Source: Carcharhinus amblyrhynchos (Eukaryota). From it: a stretch of 64,000 nt of DNA. Positions 1 through 11,919 of this stretch are shown here, in pieces; the stretch's first letter is position 1; every line of letters begins with the position of its first letter. Under the pieces are notes generated by a model that saw only the letters and a list, made by a program, of their open reading frames with translations, ran no database searches and was not told where the DNA came from. Made by a program: the position numbers and the translations under genes. The stretch is taken from contig OZ336873.1 in assembly GCA_965287045.1 (NCBI GenBank), positions 110,546,001-110,610,000 of the forward strand, in the 5' to 3' direction.

Positions 1-145
1 CTGTTCCCCAACTCTTACCCATTGCACATTAAATTGTTGCAAGTTTTTATCCAACCCCATTTGGAAAGTCATTATTGATTCTGCTTCTACTATCCCTTCG
101 GGCAGTCTATTCAGCTGGCTACGCAAAAATAATTCTCCTCATCTC
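1..145 (-). mobile_element. Old CR1 3' fragment
   Basis: Reverse strand reads gatgaggagaattattttt...gtagaagcagaatcaataatgactttc, matching the CR1 3' ends elsewhere in the window. Confidence 0.6.
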
Positions 146-1389
146 ACTTTTGACTATTTTCCTTTGAAGTTTATATAGACATTCTGAAGTATTTGGAAGA
201 ATTAAGAATAGACTTGGTGAAAAAGGCTAAGGTTTCAATTCTGAAGTGTTTGAATTATTCATTTTTCATTGATTGGAAAACCTGCTAAATCTAAAATCAA
301 GGGCCTTCATTTGGATGATCTATAATTGAATCCTCTATATAGGCCAAGCTGAACACTGTACCTTGGATGAAAGGTAGCTCGTTCAGGATCAAAGGGCAGA
401 ATTCTCCCATTTGGAGACTAACTCTGTAAAATCTGACCTCACACATGGCTGGGATTGTCCAGTGCCGCTGCAGTGAATGAAGATACGGCTGGGTGCCAAA
501 TTCTCGTTCTTGCTGACGGGGGTGGGGGCAAATGAGATTATAGAATCCCATCCCAAGTCCCATGGCTGAGGTGGGAGCGTGGAATGTTTCCCATTGTGGA
601 TGGCTGTACAGAAACATGCCAAATCTTTTGGCGCCAATCTTGTTATTATCCACCTGGGTGCTTTACACTGTATTCCATGATAGGGCAGGCTTCACATTTA
701 GTACTGGAAGAATAGCCTGCCTATCTGTGCATTTACTGAAAAAGCGTTCAATGTCACCAACCCAATATTGAGGAAGGAATGTGGAAAATGAAGGTAGATC
801 TTCAGGAACACTCTAGGGGTAGAAAGTGGACATCCTGAGAAAGGAGATGGATCTCCAAGAACATTTTGAGGCTGGAAGATGGAGACCCTACAGGACGTCC
901 AGGGATCTGGAAGGTCCAGCTACAGATTTCACCACCACAACGCCCCCATCCCCGAAACTCACTGTTGTCCAGGTCCCCGTGTGACAGGCAAGCTCCATCC
1001 TGAATTCTGGAGGGAGTCCAGGCTTTGTTTAGTGAGACCTGACATCTACATGCCACGTTGTTCCAAACATGTTTCATGCTGGAGTGTTTTCCCAGTGGTG
1101 CCATGAAGAATCAGGAGTGACTGGTTGAGTCTTCATCTGCATCCGATTAACAAGATGCAAATTAGTTTTGTGTTGGCCTCCAGTGGGTTTCTCCCCGCTC
1201 ATCGTGGTACACACTTGCAGATGGCCCCACTGTAAATTCATGCTGGCATGAAAAGGATTTCTGGGCCTCCTGCCATATTCTCCCCACACTCCCGCCATCA
1301 AACCCATCAGAGGAGCCTTGGGAAATTCTGCCCAAAATGTTGATAAAGACAGGCACTCAATCTCAGTGGGACAGAGGAAAGGATGACAA

Positions 1390-1526
1390 GCAAAACTAAT
1401 CCTATTAACTGACAGACGTCTCCCATTGCTTAATCACAGAGCTTTAATCTTTGCAGAGAAATCCATGGCTCTGATTGTGTCTCCTCCTTCAATGATAGAC
1501 GACATGCGGCAGTAAATGCTAAGAAG
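1390..1526 (-). pseudogene. Candidate exon I: LLSIYCRMSSIIEGGDTIRAMDFSAKIKAL*LSNGRRLSVNRISF; 3' boundary not found
   Basis: Acceptor ttttctctacttccaattaaag (phase 0), TGA at 1436-1434. Resembles the end of the GABA-B flytrap domain (RAMN..F.GVSG.V.F..G.R). No clear donor. Confidence 0.35.
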
Positions 1527-1765
1527 CTTTAATTGGAAGTAGAGAAAATGGCAAAATACATTAATTATGATAAACCTGCAGGTAATAGATGTACAGAATG
1601 TTTAAATAGTGTACAGTCTGCTTCTTGATACATTGCATCAGAGAATTGAAGTAGTTTTGTTATTCAGTAATAAAACATTGCCTTCTGTTGTCCTTGTTAA
1701 ATACAATGAATGACAATTTCTCTAATTTCACATTTAGTACTGGAAGAAGGGTGTTCATCACTTAC

Positions 1766-1814
1766 CCTGCTAATGCTACCAACCAGTTTTTGTAGGCTTT
1801 TGAGTGGGGACTTG
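1766..1814 (-). pseudogene. Exon H, 3' half (split by CR1): KSPLKSLQKLVGSISR
   Basis: Donor AGG|gtaagt at 1766/1765. Removing the LINE and one TSD copy restores a 100-nt phase 2 to 0 exon. Confidence 0.6.
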
Positions 1815-1829
1815 TGGGCATGTGGGGAC

Positions 1830-2827
1830 TTGGAGGGGCATGTGATGTGCTGTTTCTGTATGATGTGGGAGCTGGTGGACCCCAAGGTCCTTCCCAGTGA
1901 CCATGTGTGCAGTAAGTGTTGGTTGCTGGAGGAGCTCCGGCTCAAAGTAGATGAGCTGGCCTCTGAGCTTCAGACACTGAGGCTCATCAGGGGGAGGGGG
2001 TGTACCATAGATAATGGGGTGCAAGAGACATCCACACCCCCTAGACTGGCTCAACCTAAGAGTCAGGAACCAGAGGGGGCTGCTGGGGGGAGGAAGGGTG
2101 GGAGGAAGGGGGGGGGAGGGGAGTGGGGAGGAAGGAGGGGGGAGTGGGGAGGAAGGAGGGGGGGACCCAAATGCATCAGCCTCTCAATCTGTACAACAGG
2201 TTTGAGGTTCTTGCTCCCAGTGAGGACAAGAATGAGGGCTGTAAGGTTGACAAGCAAACTGCCCACGGTACAGTGATGCAGACACAGGACAAATACAAAG
2301 AGGAAGAAGTAAAGAGGAATGTAGTGGTAATTGGGGATAGTGTAGTTAGGGGTATAGACACTGTCTTTTGTCACAATGGTAAAGAACACAGAAGGGTGTG
2401 TTGTCTGCCTGGTGCTCGGGTCCAGGATGTCTCATCTGGGCTGCAGAGGAACCTGGAGTGGGAGGGTGAGAATCCAGTCGTTGTGGTACATGTGGGTGCC
2501 AACGACATAGGCAAATTGGGGACTAAGGATCTGGAGAGGAAGTATGAAAAGCTGGGAATGGAATTAAAAAGCAGAACCGACAAGGTGGTTATCTCTGGAT
2601 TACTACCTGAACTGCACGCAGATGGGCGTAGGGTAGATAGGATTAAAGAGATGAATGGGTGGCTCAGGGATCGGTGTGGGAGGAATGGTTCTGAATTTAT
2701 GGGGCATTGGCACCAGTATTGGGGCAGGTGGGACCTGTTCGGATGGGATGGTGTTAGTCTGAACCATGCTGGGACCAGAGTCCTGGCGAATTGTATAACT
2801 AGGACTGTAGACAGGGCTTTAAACTAA
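1830..2827 (+). pseudogene. CR1 ORF1 (Zn finger, coiled coil, SGNH/GDSL esterase), frameshifted in a G-rich tract
   Basis: CCFCMMWEL..HVCSKCWLLEELRLKVDEL; VVVIGDSVVRGID; VVVHVGANDIG; DGVSLN, where the catalytic His of DGxHLN is replaced. Confidence 0.93.
2073..2165 (+). repeat. Purine-rich G-run tract (GGAGGAAGG-like units) inside CR1 ORF1
   Basis: Nearly pure G/A with many G runs; G-quadruplex/H-DNA potential. Confidence 0.85.
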
Positions 2828-2865
2828 TTAAGGAGGGGGAGGGTGCAAGGGTAGGTGAAATTACA

Positions 2866-5810
2866 GTGTCTAAAGTAAAAGAGAGGGTACAGGTACAGGA
2901 AGAGGTCAAGGATGTCCCAATAATAAAGGGAGTAGGGGGCATGAGAAAGGTTGGTAGCGTTCCTTCAAATAGGGTACAGATAAATGCTGGGATAAAGACA
3001 CTTTATCTGAATGCACGAAGCATTCGGAACAAAGTGAATGAGCTGGTGGTGCAGATCAGCACAAATGGGTATGATCTGGTGGCCATTACGGAAACGTGGT
3101 TGCAGGGTGACAGGGACTGGGAGCTGACTGTCAGGGGTATCAAGTGTTTAGGAAGGATAGACGGGAGGAAAAAGGGGGAGGGGTAGCTCTGCTGATTAAG
3201 GATAGTATCAGGGTGGTAGTAAGGGAAGATATAGGTGCCAAAGAGCAGAACGTGGAATCGTTGTGGGTGGAGATAAGGAACAGCAAAGGGAGGAAGACGC
3301 TGGTGGGTGTGGTCTATAGGCCCCCAAATAATGACCTGGAGGTGGGGCGGGCTATAAACACACAAATAAATGATGCGTGCAGAAATGGAATGGCTGTAAT
3401 TATGGGGGATTTCAATCTACATATTGATTGGTTGACCCATGTTGGACACGGTGGGCTTGAAGAAGAGTTCTTGGAACGCTGCCGGGATAGTTTCCTTGAA
3501 CAGTGTGTGCTGGAGCCGATGAGGGAGCGAGCTATCTTAGATCTGGTGTTATGTAATGAGGCAGGTAGAATTAGGGACCTTGTTGTGAGGGATCCTCTTG
3601 GGAAGAGGATGAGTTTTTGATGGTTGAGTTTTTGATGCAGATGGAGGATGAGAAAGTAGGATCTCGGACCTGTGTCCTCTGTTTGAACAGAGGGGCGTAC
3701 GATAGGATGAGAGAGGAATTGGCAAATGTAGATTGGGGGCGCAGATTGGTCGGTAGGACTGCTGAGGAACAGTGGAGGATCTTTAAGGAGATCTTTCTTG
3801 GTGCTCAGCAGAAATTTATTCCGATGGTAAAGAAGGATCGTAGGAGAAGGGATAATCAGCCGTGGTTAACGAAGGAAATAAAGGAGAGTATTAAATTAGA
3901 AGCTAATGCGTTTAGAGTGGCTAAAAGTAGTGGGCAAGAAGAGGATTGGGAGAGGTTTAAAAATCAACAAAGAATGACAAAGGAGTTGATAAAGAAAGGA
4001 AAGATAGACTATGAAGCTAAACTAGCACTAAATATAAAAAAAAAGTATGAGTTTTTATAAATACATAAAGAGGAGGAGGCTGGCTAGGGTGAAAGTTGGA
4101 CCCTTAGAGGATGAGAAGGGGGATTTAGTGGTGGGGGATGAGGAAATGGCTGAGGCCTTAAATAAGTTTTTTGCTTCGGTCTTCACGGAGGAGGATGCGA
4201 ATAGTTTGCCAGGTATTAAAGATAGAAGGATGGTAGGAGTTGAGGGCCTGAATGCAATCACTGTCACTAGAGAGGTAGTGCTTGATCAACTAGCGGGACT
4301 GATGGTGGACAAGTCCCCAGGACCAGATGGAATGCATCCCAGGGTTCTGAAGGAAATGGCGGAGGTGATAGTGGATGCCTTAGTGATTATTTTCCAAACT
4401 TCGCTGGATTCCGGGGAAGTGCCAGAAGATTGGAAATGGCTAATGTTACGCCGCTGTTTAAAAAGGGTAGCAGGCAAAAGGCAGGGAATTATAGGCCAGT
4501 TAGTTTAATGTCTGTTGTAGGAAAAATGCTTGAATCCGTCATCAAGGAAGAAATAGCGAGGCACCTTGAGAAGAATTGTTTGATAGAGCAGACGCAGCGC
4601 GGATTTGTTAAGGGGAAGTCGTGTCTGACAAATTTATTGGAATACTATGAGGATGTGTCTAGTGTGGTGGACGGAGGGGAACCAGTGGATGTGGTGTTTC
4701 TCAATTTTCAGAAGGCGTTTGATAAGGTGCTGCACAAAAGGTTGTTACAGAAGGTTAGGGGGCATGGAGTTGGGGGTAAGGTGTTAGCGTGGATAGAGGA
4801 TTGGCTGTCAAATAGGAGGCAGAGAGTAGATGTCAATGGGTGCTATTCGGATTGGCGATTGGTGACTAGTGGGGTGTCCCAGGGATCGGTGCTGGGGCCT
4901 CAGCTATTTACCATTTATATAGATGATCTGGAGGAGGGAGCTGAGTGAAGGGTGTTGAAATTTGCTGATGACACAAAGATAAGTGGAAAAGCAAATTGTG
5001 CAGAGGGTGTAGAAAGTCTGCAGAGAGATCTAGATAGGCTAAGCAAGTGGGCGAGGACCTGGCAGATGGAATACAATGTTGGCAAGTGTGAGGTTATCCA
5101 CTTTAGCAGGAATAATAGTAGGAGGGACTACTATTTAAAGGGCGAAAAGCTGCAGCATGCCACGGTGCAGAGGGACCTGGGGGTCCTTGTGCATGAGTCG
5201 CAAAAACCCAGCCTACAGGTGCAGCAGGTGATTAGGAAAGCAAATGGGATGCTGGCCTTCATAGCGAGGGGGATTGAATATAAAAGTAGGGAGGTCTTGC
5301 TGCAACTGTACAGGGCACTGGTGAGGCTGCAGCTGGAGTACTGTGTGCAGTTTTGGTCACCACACTTGCGCAAGGATATTTTGGCCTTGGAGGGAGTGCA
5401 GAGGAGGTTCAATAGGCTGATACCGGAGTTGAGGGGGTTGAACTATGAAGAGAGGCTGAATAGACTGGGCTTGTACTCGTTGGAGTTTAGAAGGATGAGG
5501 GGGGATCTTATAGAGACGTATAAGATGATGAAGGGGATGGATAGGGTAGAGGTTGAGAGGTTCTTCCCGCTCAGAAAGGACAGCAGGACTAGAGGGCACA
5601 GCCTCAAGATAAGCGGGGGGGGGGGCGCAGTTTAGAACGGAGTTGAGGAGGAACTTCTTCACTCAAAGGGTGATGAATCTCTGGAATTCACTGCCCGTTG
5701 AAGTGGTGGAGGCTACCCCGCTGAATATGTTTAAGACGCGGGTAGATAGGTTTTTGGTAGGCAAGGGCATTAAGGGTTATGGGGAGAAAGCGGGGAAGTG
5801 GAACTGAGCC
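2866..5810 (+). pseudogene. CR1 ORF2 (APE endonuclease plus reverse transcriptase) with several frameshifts and a stop
   Basis: [70 protein letters not shown] and TRGHSLK, spread across six ORF pieces. Confidence 0.96.
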
Positions 5811-5898
5811 ACTTCAGATCAGCCATGATCTTATTGAATGGCGGGGCAGGCTCGAGGGGCTAGATGGCTTAGTCCTGTTCCTATTTCTTATGTTCTTA

Positions 5899-5959
5899 TG
5901 GGGACTTGCTCTAATCTAGTGTTTGATCTAGTACAGCACCTTCAGAGGAGTTGTGACAT
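5899..5959 (-). pseudogene. Exon H, 5' half (split by CR1): CHNSSEGAVLDQTLD*SKSP
   Basis: Acceptor tttctttccttgctcacag ending at 5960; runs into the TSD copy at 5899-5908; in-frame TAG at 5913-5911. Confidence 0.6.
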
Positions 5960-6517
5960 CTGTGAGCAAGGAAAGAAACAGCATCGTTCTTCAGCCAGTC
6001 AGATTGTTGACGACCTATCACAGAAATTGTAGTGGACAAGGGGTGAACGATGGAAAGGTCTGTTGACCTTGGGCAGGATTTTCTGGTTTGGTGGGGGGAC
6101 ATACTTGGACAGAAAATCCCACCCATTACGTCTAAACAATGAAGCAGGGTAAGCCTGGAATAAATCAATTTTAAATAATCTTCAGAAAGCAAAAGAAAGA
6201 TGGGATTAAAGTTTATTGGTCACAAGTAATCCTTACATTAACACTGCAATGAAGTTACTGTGAAATTCCCCTGTGTGATTCCCTGTGTGATTATAGGAAA
6301 GATATAAACAAAAGAGAGACAGAAAGAAAAATGGGAAAAAATGGATTATTAAAATATACCTCAGATTAATTTTCACCTGAAGGAATGAGATTCCTCAATT
6401 GTAAAATTACATTTTCAGGAACAGAGAGGTTGTTCAGCAATAGTTATCAATCAGCACACAATTATACATTTGTTTACTCCTCTATGCACTGATCCTAATC
6501 TTTGCAACCATTTTCAT

Positions 6518-6850
6518 TAGAAACTCTACAGTGCAGGAGGAAGCCATTCAGCCCATCAAGTCTGCACCGAAACAATCCACCCCAGGCCCTACCCCCACAA
6601 TCCCACACATTTACCCGGCTAATCCCTCTAACCTACACATCCTGGGACACTAAGAAGCAATTTAGAATGGCCAATCAACCTAACATGCACATCTTTGGAC
6701 TGTGGGAGGAAACCAGAGCACCCAGAGGAAAGCCATGCAGAAACAGGGAGAATGTGCAAACTCCACACAGATAGTGACCTAAGCTGGGAATTGAACCCAG
6801 GTCCCTGGAGCTATGAGGCAGCATTGCTAACCACTGTACAACCATGCCGC
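6518..6850 (-). mobile_element. HE1/V-SINE-type tRNA-derived SINE
   Basis: A/B-box head, central tgtgtggagtttgcacattctccc core, CR1-like tail. Confidence 0.9.
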
Positions 6851-7199
6851 TCCATTGGGGATGAACAGCAAATTTCCATAATTGCAGTCATTTCAGTTCA
6901 GAGGTCAATATTGGCAAGGACTGCAATGGCGCAGCCAATGGAGGTGCAGTATCTCAATGACAGGAGCATGTAAATTTGCATGTTTAATTGCACTTCTGCA
7001 GATGCCTGAGGTTGCTGTCTGATTCACCCCATTCTGCCAGTGCATATTGTTAGGTTCACCATTATTTTTGTTGCAAAATTAACCCAGTGCCTCATGGAGA
7101 ATATTTAATCTACTGCAGTTACCTGTTCAATCAATATTTGGTGGACTTTAGTTGTTGGCTTGTGCTACCCTAACCTTGTGAGATTTCGTATTCAGACAG

Positions 7200-8330
7200 C
7201 ATGAAGTGTATCCTCCTCGGATATTGCTAAACATTTATTTTAAAATAAGAACGAATCTTGCTCTATTCCTTTACTATAGAAGCCTATCTTGTAAAGGTCA
7301 GATTCTGGATGGTAAAAGACGGACCTTTTAAAGAAACAAAATGAAAGCCATGATAAACTCAGAGTAATTTTGAATATATGATGTATTGTTCTGCTGGCAA
7401 TGTCCCTGTGGTATTGTCAGTTTATTCTCAGCTTTCTCAAACAGGCATGAAGTCATGAACAATCTATTTTAATGACACAAAATACAATCGGTAGATAGAA
7501 AGTTGTCATTAATGATAGGTCTCCGTGGAGTCAGTTCAGTGGTGGAGTCCTGTAGAGATTTATTTTAGGGCAGATACTTGTCACGATCTATATCAATGAT
7601 TTGAGTGAAGGCATTCGAGGTACATTTTGCACATTTGCAGAAGATGTCAAGATCAGTGCTGGTCTCAGAACCTGCTGAAGATTTAAAAACATGCAAGCAG
7701 ACTTGGATATGATTGTTCTGCAATTTGCATACAACATTTAATCTAGATATAGGGTTATGCATCAAGGTAATGTACTGCCAAGTATGTGTATATGATACGA
7801 CTTTTAAATTGAAGTCTGTTGAGAGGGTGTTGTGGTGCATGAGTTTATAGGTCCATGAACAGTGCCGAGAGGTTTAGTGGAATTAGATAAACTATTAGAA
7901 TGGATAGGTGGGACGATCCTAATACATCATAATACATCTTTGTACAAGACCCATTATGTCCAGCTCTGCTCTGTTTACATGGAGGAAAGACATGGAAACA
8001 ATGAAAAAAGTTCCCTATATTAATATCTAGTTTAAAATCATGGTAAGCCTGAGGAACTAGGCCTGATTAATCTCAGAAAATGCAACACTTAAAGAATCGT
8101 TTAAGAGCTTTCATAATGATGAAGCGACTAGACTGTGTAGGCAGATTATTTGAATGTGATTACTCAGCGAGATGAGGATGTTCACGTACAAATACATAAA
8201 CAGAGAACAAGGCTAGAGAGTCTTTTCACAAGCGGGTTATTGACCTTGTGGAAACATTTGACAGTTTATGCAAGAGGTGCAGATCATTGTGAACAGTCAA
8301 AAGAAGTCCTGGAGAAGGTTGATAGTCATG
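7200..8330 (+). mobile_element. Ancient degraded CR1/L2 RT fragment
   Basis: 7520-7650 translates to a decayed GGVL..ILG..IYINDL..FAED motif set. Confidence 0.6.
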
Positions 8331-8554
8331 CAGGTTTGGTGAGCTGTTGGGCGATGTATTCCATTGTCACTGAAAGAGGTCCTGGAGCGTGATTTTGGTC
8401 ACCATTGACGATCAGAGTTCCCAAAATTATTTTCCTTGAATTAGCTTAGGGTTTGATTTGTAATCATGCTTCTTCCATGTGTCTCTCAGCAAATTACATG
8501 GTTGTTGAAAGGTGGAAGGAATCAGGGTAGGGTTGTGGGTGGAGGGATGGATGG

Positions 8555-9222
8555 GCCCTGGGGATGAAGTAGAAAGGGTCGAGAGTTTCAGGTTTTTAGG
8601 TGTCCAGATCGCCAATAGCCTGTCCTGGTTCCCCCATACCGACACTATCGTTAAAAAAGCCCACCAACACCTCTACTTTCTCAGAAGACTAAGGAAATAT
8701 GGCATGTCAGCTGTGACTCTCACCAACTTTGACAGGTGTACCACAGAAAACATTCTTTCTGGCTTTATCACAGCTTGGTATGGCTCCTGCTCTGTCCAAG
8801 ACCACAAGGAACTACAAAATGTTGTGAATGGAGCCCAATCCTTCATGCAAACCAGTCCCCCATCCATTTACTCTGTCTACACTTCCAGCTGCCTCGGCAA
8901 AGCAGCCAGCATAATTAAGGACCACACGTACCCCTTCATTCTCTCTTCCACCTTCTTCTGTCTGGAAAAAGATACAAAAGCCTGAGGTTACGTACCAACT
9001 GACTCAAGAACAGCTTCTTCTCTGCTGCAGCCAGACTTTTGAATGAACTTATCTTGCATTAAATTGATTTTTCTCTACGCCCTAGCTATGACTGTAATAC
9101 TACATTCTGCACTCTCTCGTTTCCTTCTCTATGAACAGTATGCTTTGTCTGTATGGTGCACGAGAAACAATACTTTTCACTGTATGTTAATACATGTGAC
9201 AATAATAAATCAAATCAAATCA
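8555..9222 (+). mobile_element. Rex1/Babar-type LINE 3' fragment
   Basis: VERVESFRFLGVQI..KKAHQHLYFLRRLRK..ITAWYGSC; AATAAA followed by a (CAAAT)n tail. Confidence 0.88.
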
Positions 9223-9289
9223 CATTACCATGAAAGACTCTGGTTTAAGGCGACAGGTTTAATGGATCAGCTGGAGTCTCATTGTGAAC

Positions 9290-9682
9290 CGTAAAATCCC
9301 TACCATGCAGAAGGATGCCATTTAGCCCATCAAGTCTGCACTGATTCTCCGAAAAGCATCTTACACAGGTGCACACTCCACCACCCCCTGCCCTATCCAT
9401 GTAATCCTGTGCATTTACCGTGGCTAATCCACCTAACCTATACACCTTTGGACAGTGAGGGGCAATTTACCATGGATAATCCATCTAACCTACATATCTT
9501 TGGACACTAAGGGGCAATTTAGCATGACCAATCCACCGAACCTGCACACCTTTGGATTGTGGAAGGGAACCAGAGCACCCGGAGAAAGCACAGGCAGAAT
9601 ATGCAAACTCCACATGGCCGGAATTGAATCGGGATCCCTGGCACTGTGAGGCAGCAGTGCTGACCTCTCTGCCACCGTGCTG
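9290..9682 (-). mobile_element. HE1/V-SINE-type SINE with an internal duplication
   Basis: Same family as 6518-6850; the ggggcaattta...aatcca.ctaacct unit is repeated. Confidence 0.85.
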
Positions 9683-10124
9683 CTTCTATGATAGTCTCCG
9701 CCATATGCCCTCTCCATTCTTAACCCCCTGATATCAGAAAAAGGCAGGCACTCTAATCCCTTTGCCTCGTCAACTAGTACATTATATTCTCACCCTCCTA
9801 TATCTTCAGTCATCGGATAATTGTCCATTCTGAACACATAACTGAACTGTTGAAATCTGGCTGGCACATTCTCCGATGTATTTTATTCAGCATAACCTCC
9901 TGTTCTCTACTCTTCGTTTGTTTTGAATGTTTTCAGATTTTGATCATACAAAGGTTATCTGTTTTTTTTTAAATATAGTAATTTCATGATGCCAAAATAT
10001 TGCAACTGGCAAAGAAATGACACATTTGGAATGAAAATGGGCTTAGAGATCCATTATATTGGACAAAAGAATACAACATATGATCTGATTTAAATAAAAA
10101 CAGAAACAAATGTCAAATACTCAC

Positions 10125-10145
10125 TGTGCCCTTCTTTTGCGAATG
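10125..10145 (-). pseudogene. Exon G, 21-nt microexon: IRKRRA(Q)
   Basis: tttttttcatag|CATTCGCAAAAGAAGGGCACA|gtgagt; length is a multiple of 3. Confidence 0.55.
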
Positions 10146-10629
10146 CTATGAAAAAAATTGCCATAAAGTACAATTTGAAGCTGTAATTACAAAGAGTTTA
10201 GACAAAGCATAGTCTGGAGAGTATGCCATTTTTCACTGTCAATTCAGTGCTTCCATGTATTCCGTAGGGACAAATTTACCGCAGGTTTTGCACACTGGAA
10301 GAGATATGGAACAAATTTGTTAAACACGTAAAATTGCTTGTGGTTGGAGCTAATTAAAGGACAACAATTTTAATTTTTCATCAGCCCGAATCCTCTTCCT
10401 GATTTGAGATATACAATTGTCTGCAAATGCATGTGGTTCAGCACTGCCTGCCTCCCCAGCCCCACAGCAGTTAGCTCTGTAACCAGTCCAAATTTGTCTA
10501 TTTAATGTTGACATATAATATTCTGTGTCCAAGTCAGTTTTTTTTTGCACAACTGTGCATCTTGCATTCATTTTTCTTGCATGAGAGCTCTTGATGCATA
10601 CACAGTGACATAGGTGTATACAGTTTTTG

Positions 10630-10930
10630 GATGAATAATCCAGAGACCTAGGGTAATGCCCTGGCGATTGGGTTCAAATCCCACCATGGCAAATTGTGGA
10701 ATCTGAATGCAAGAATAAAAAACTGGAATTAAAATCGTTCAGCTTGGTTGATTGTTGTAAAATAAACCATCTAACTCACTAATGTCCTTTAGAGAAGGAA
10801 ATCTGCGGTTACTATCTGATCTGGCCTGTATGTGGATGACTCTGGAATGGCCTAGAAAGCCATTGACTTCAAGGGTAATTATGATGGGCAATAGATACTG
10901 GTCTAACCAGCAATGTCCACATCCCCTTAG
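10630..10930 (+). mobile_element. Second tRNA-derived SINE family (partial)
   Basis: taatccagagacc..ggttcaaatcccaccatggc..ctaatgtcctttag; homologous to 44965-45310. Confidence 0.75.
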
Positions 10931-10967
10931 ACAATTTTTTAAGAAGTTAACATCATTGAACTATGAG

Positions 10968-11169
10968 GAGTGAGATTTTCCAGCCTCTCAGCTGTGTGCT
11001 TCCTGCCAGCAGGAGGTGGCATATTGTTTGCTAGTGGCGGGATTCTCTGACCCCACTATTGGTAATGAAGATTCCAGCTGATATCTCTCCACGCCAGCAG
11101 GAAACCCGAGGGCGGGTTTATGCTTCCGGCGGGATTGGAGAATCCTGAATGGCTGGATAATTCCGGCCA
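10968..11169. mobile_element. Small MITE-like element with terminal inverted repeats
   Basis: gagattttccagcc ... ggctggataattcc. Related copies near 393-530, 6070-6125, 12076-12212, 19620-19745, 44340-44460, 47130-47255, 51172-51300 and 58880-58965. Confidence 0.6.
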
Positions 11170-11919
11170 AGATATATGGGTGGATGTGTTAAAGGTTGCA
11201 CAATATAGGTACAATTAATATTGAAAATGCAAACAAAATGTATTGTCTGCCAGCCACTTTGGCATGTAGAGTCTATTTAATCTTTCAGTGCTAGTGTCCT
11301 CATTTCCCCTGTGATGCATTCATTCCATTTCTCTTTCATTTTAGTCTTATGAATTTCAGTGACTCTTGAGTCCTTTTTCTTAATGTATTTTCTTTTTGCA
11401 ACCTTGTTCTCGGAACATGTTCCCCTCCATCTGTTAAATTTTTCCCTGGGTGGTTTTTGTAAAGATATAGGTTTAATTTCTTCACGGCAGCCGGCTGGCT
11501 GCCCTTTCCCTTCACCTGCTCCCTTTCTCATTTGCCTGCACAAAATCGTTACCTGATACATTTAAATGCACTGCTGCATAGCTGATGCACAGTTGGAAGG
11601 GTTGAAAGAAAAGAAGCGTGTAAAAGAGTGATGAGATCAAGAGAGGTGCATCACCTCCGAGTAGAACAGAATGGAGTTAAGAAAAGAAGCTTTGAAAAAA
11701 ACCAGCCACTGAAACACATATTTGAATATTAAGCCAGCCTGAGGTCACTAACAAAGTAAATAGCAGATCTATTAAAAATATTGATTTCTTTACTTGGGAT
11801 ACTTCTTCAGTGTGAGAATTATTGTATTTTCTAAGCTACATAAATAAAATATGCCCTGTTGCCAACTTTTAAAATGATTAAATCATACAGCACAGAAGGG
11901 GGCCATTCAGCCCATCTCA

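Larger units (their letters stand above)
1815..5898 (+). mobile_element. Near-full-length CR1-clade LINE with ORF1 and ORF2, both disrupted
   Basis: ORF1 has a CxxC..CxxC finger and an SGNH esterase; ORF2 has an APE domain and RT. 3' tail is (TTCTTATG)2. TSD TGGGGACTTG at 1805-1814 and 5899-5908. Confidence 0.97.

Noticed and set aside
790-1130. Coding-looking GC-balanced stretch, possibly an old Tx1/L1 3' fragment
   Set aside because: Motifs too decayed to call.
11277-11561. 94-aa lysine-rich minus-strand ORF as an exon
   Set aside because: Poor pyrimidine tract, no convincing donor, composition explained by A-rich DNA, and it does not fit the phase chain.
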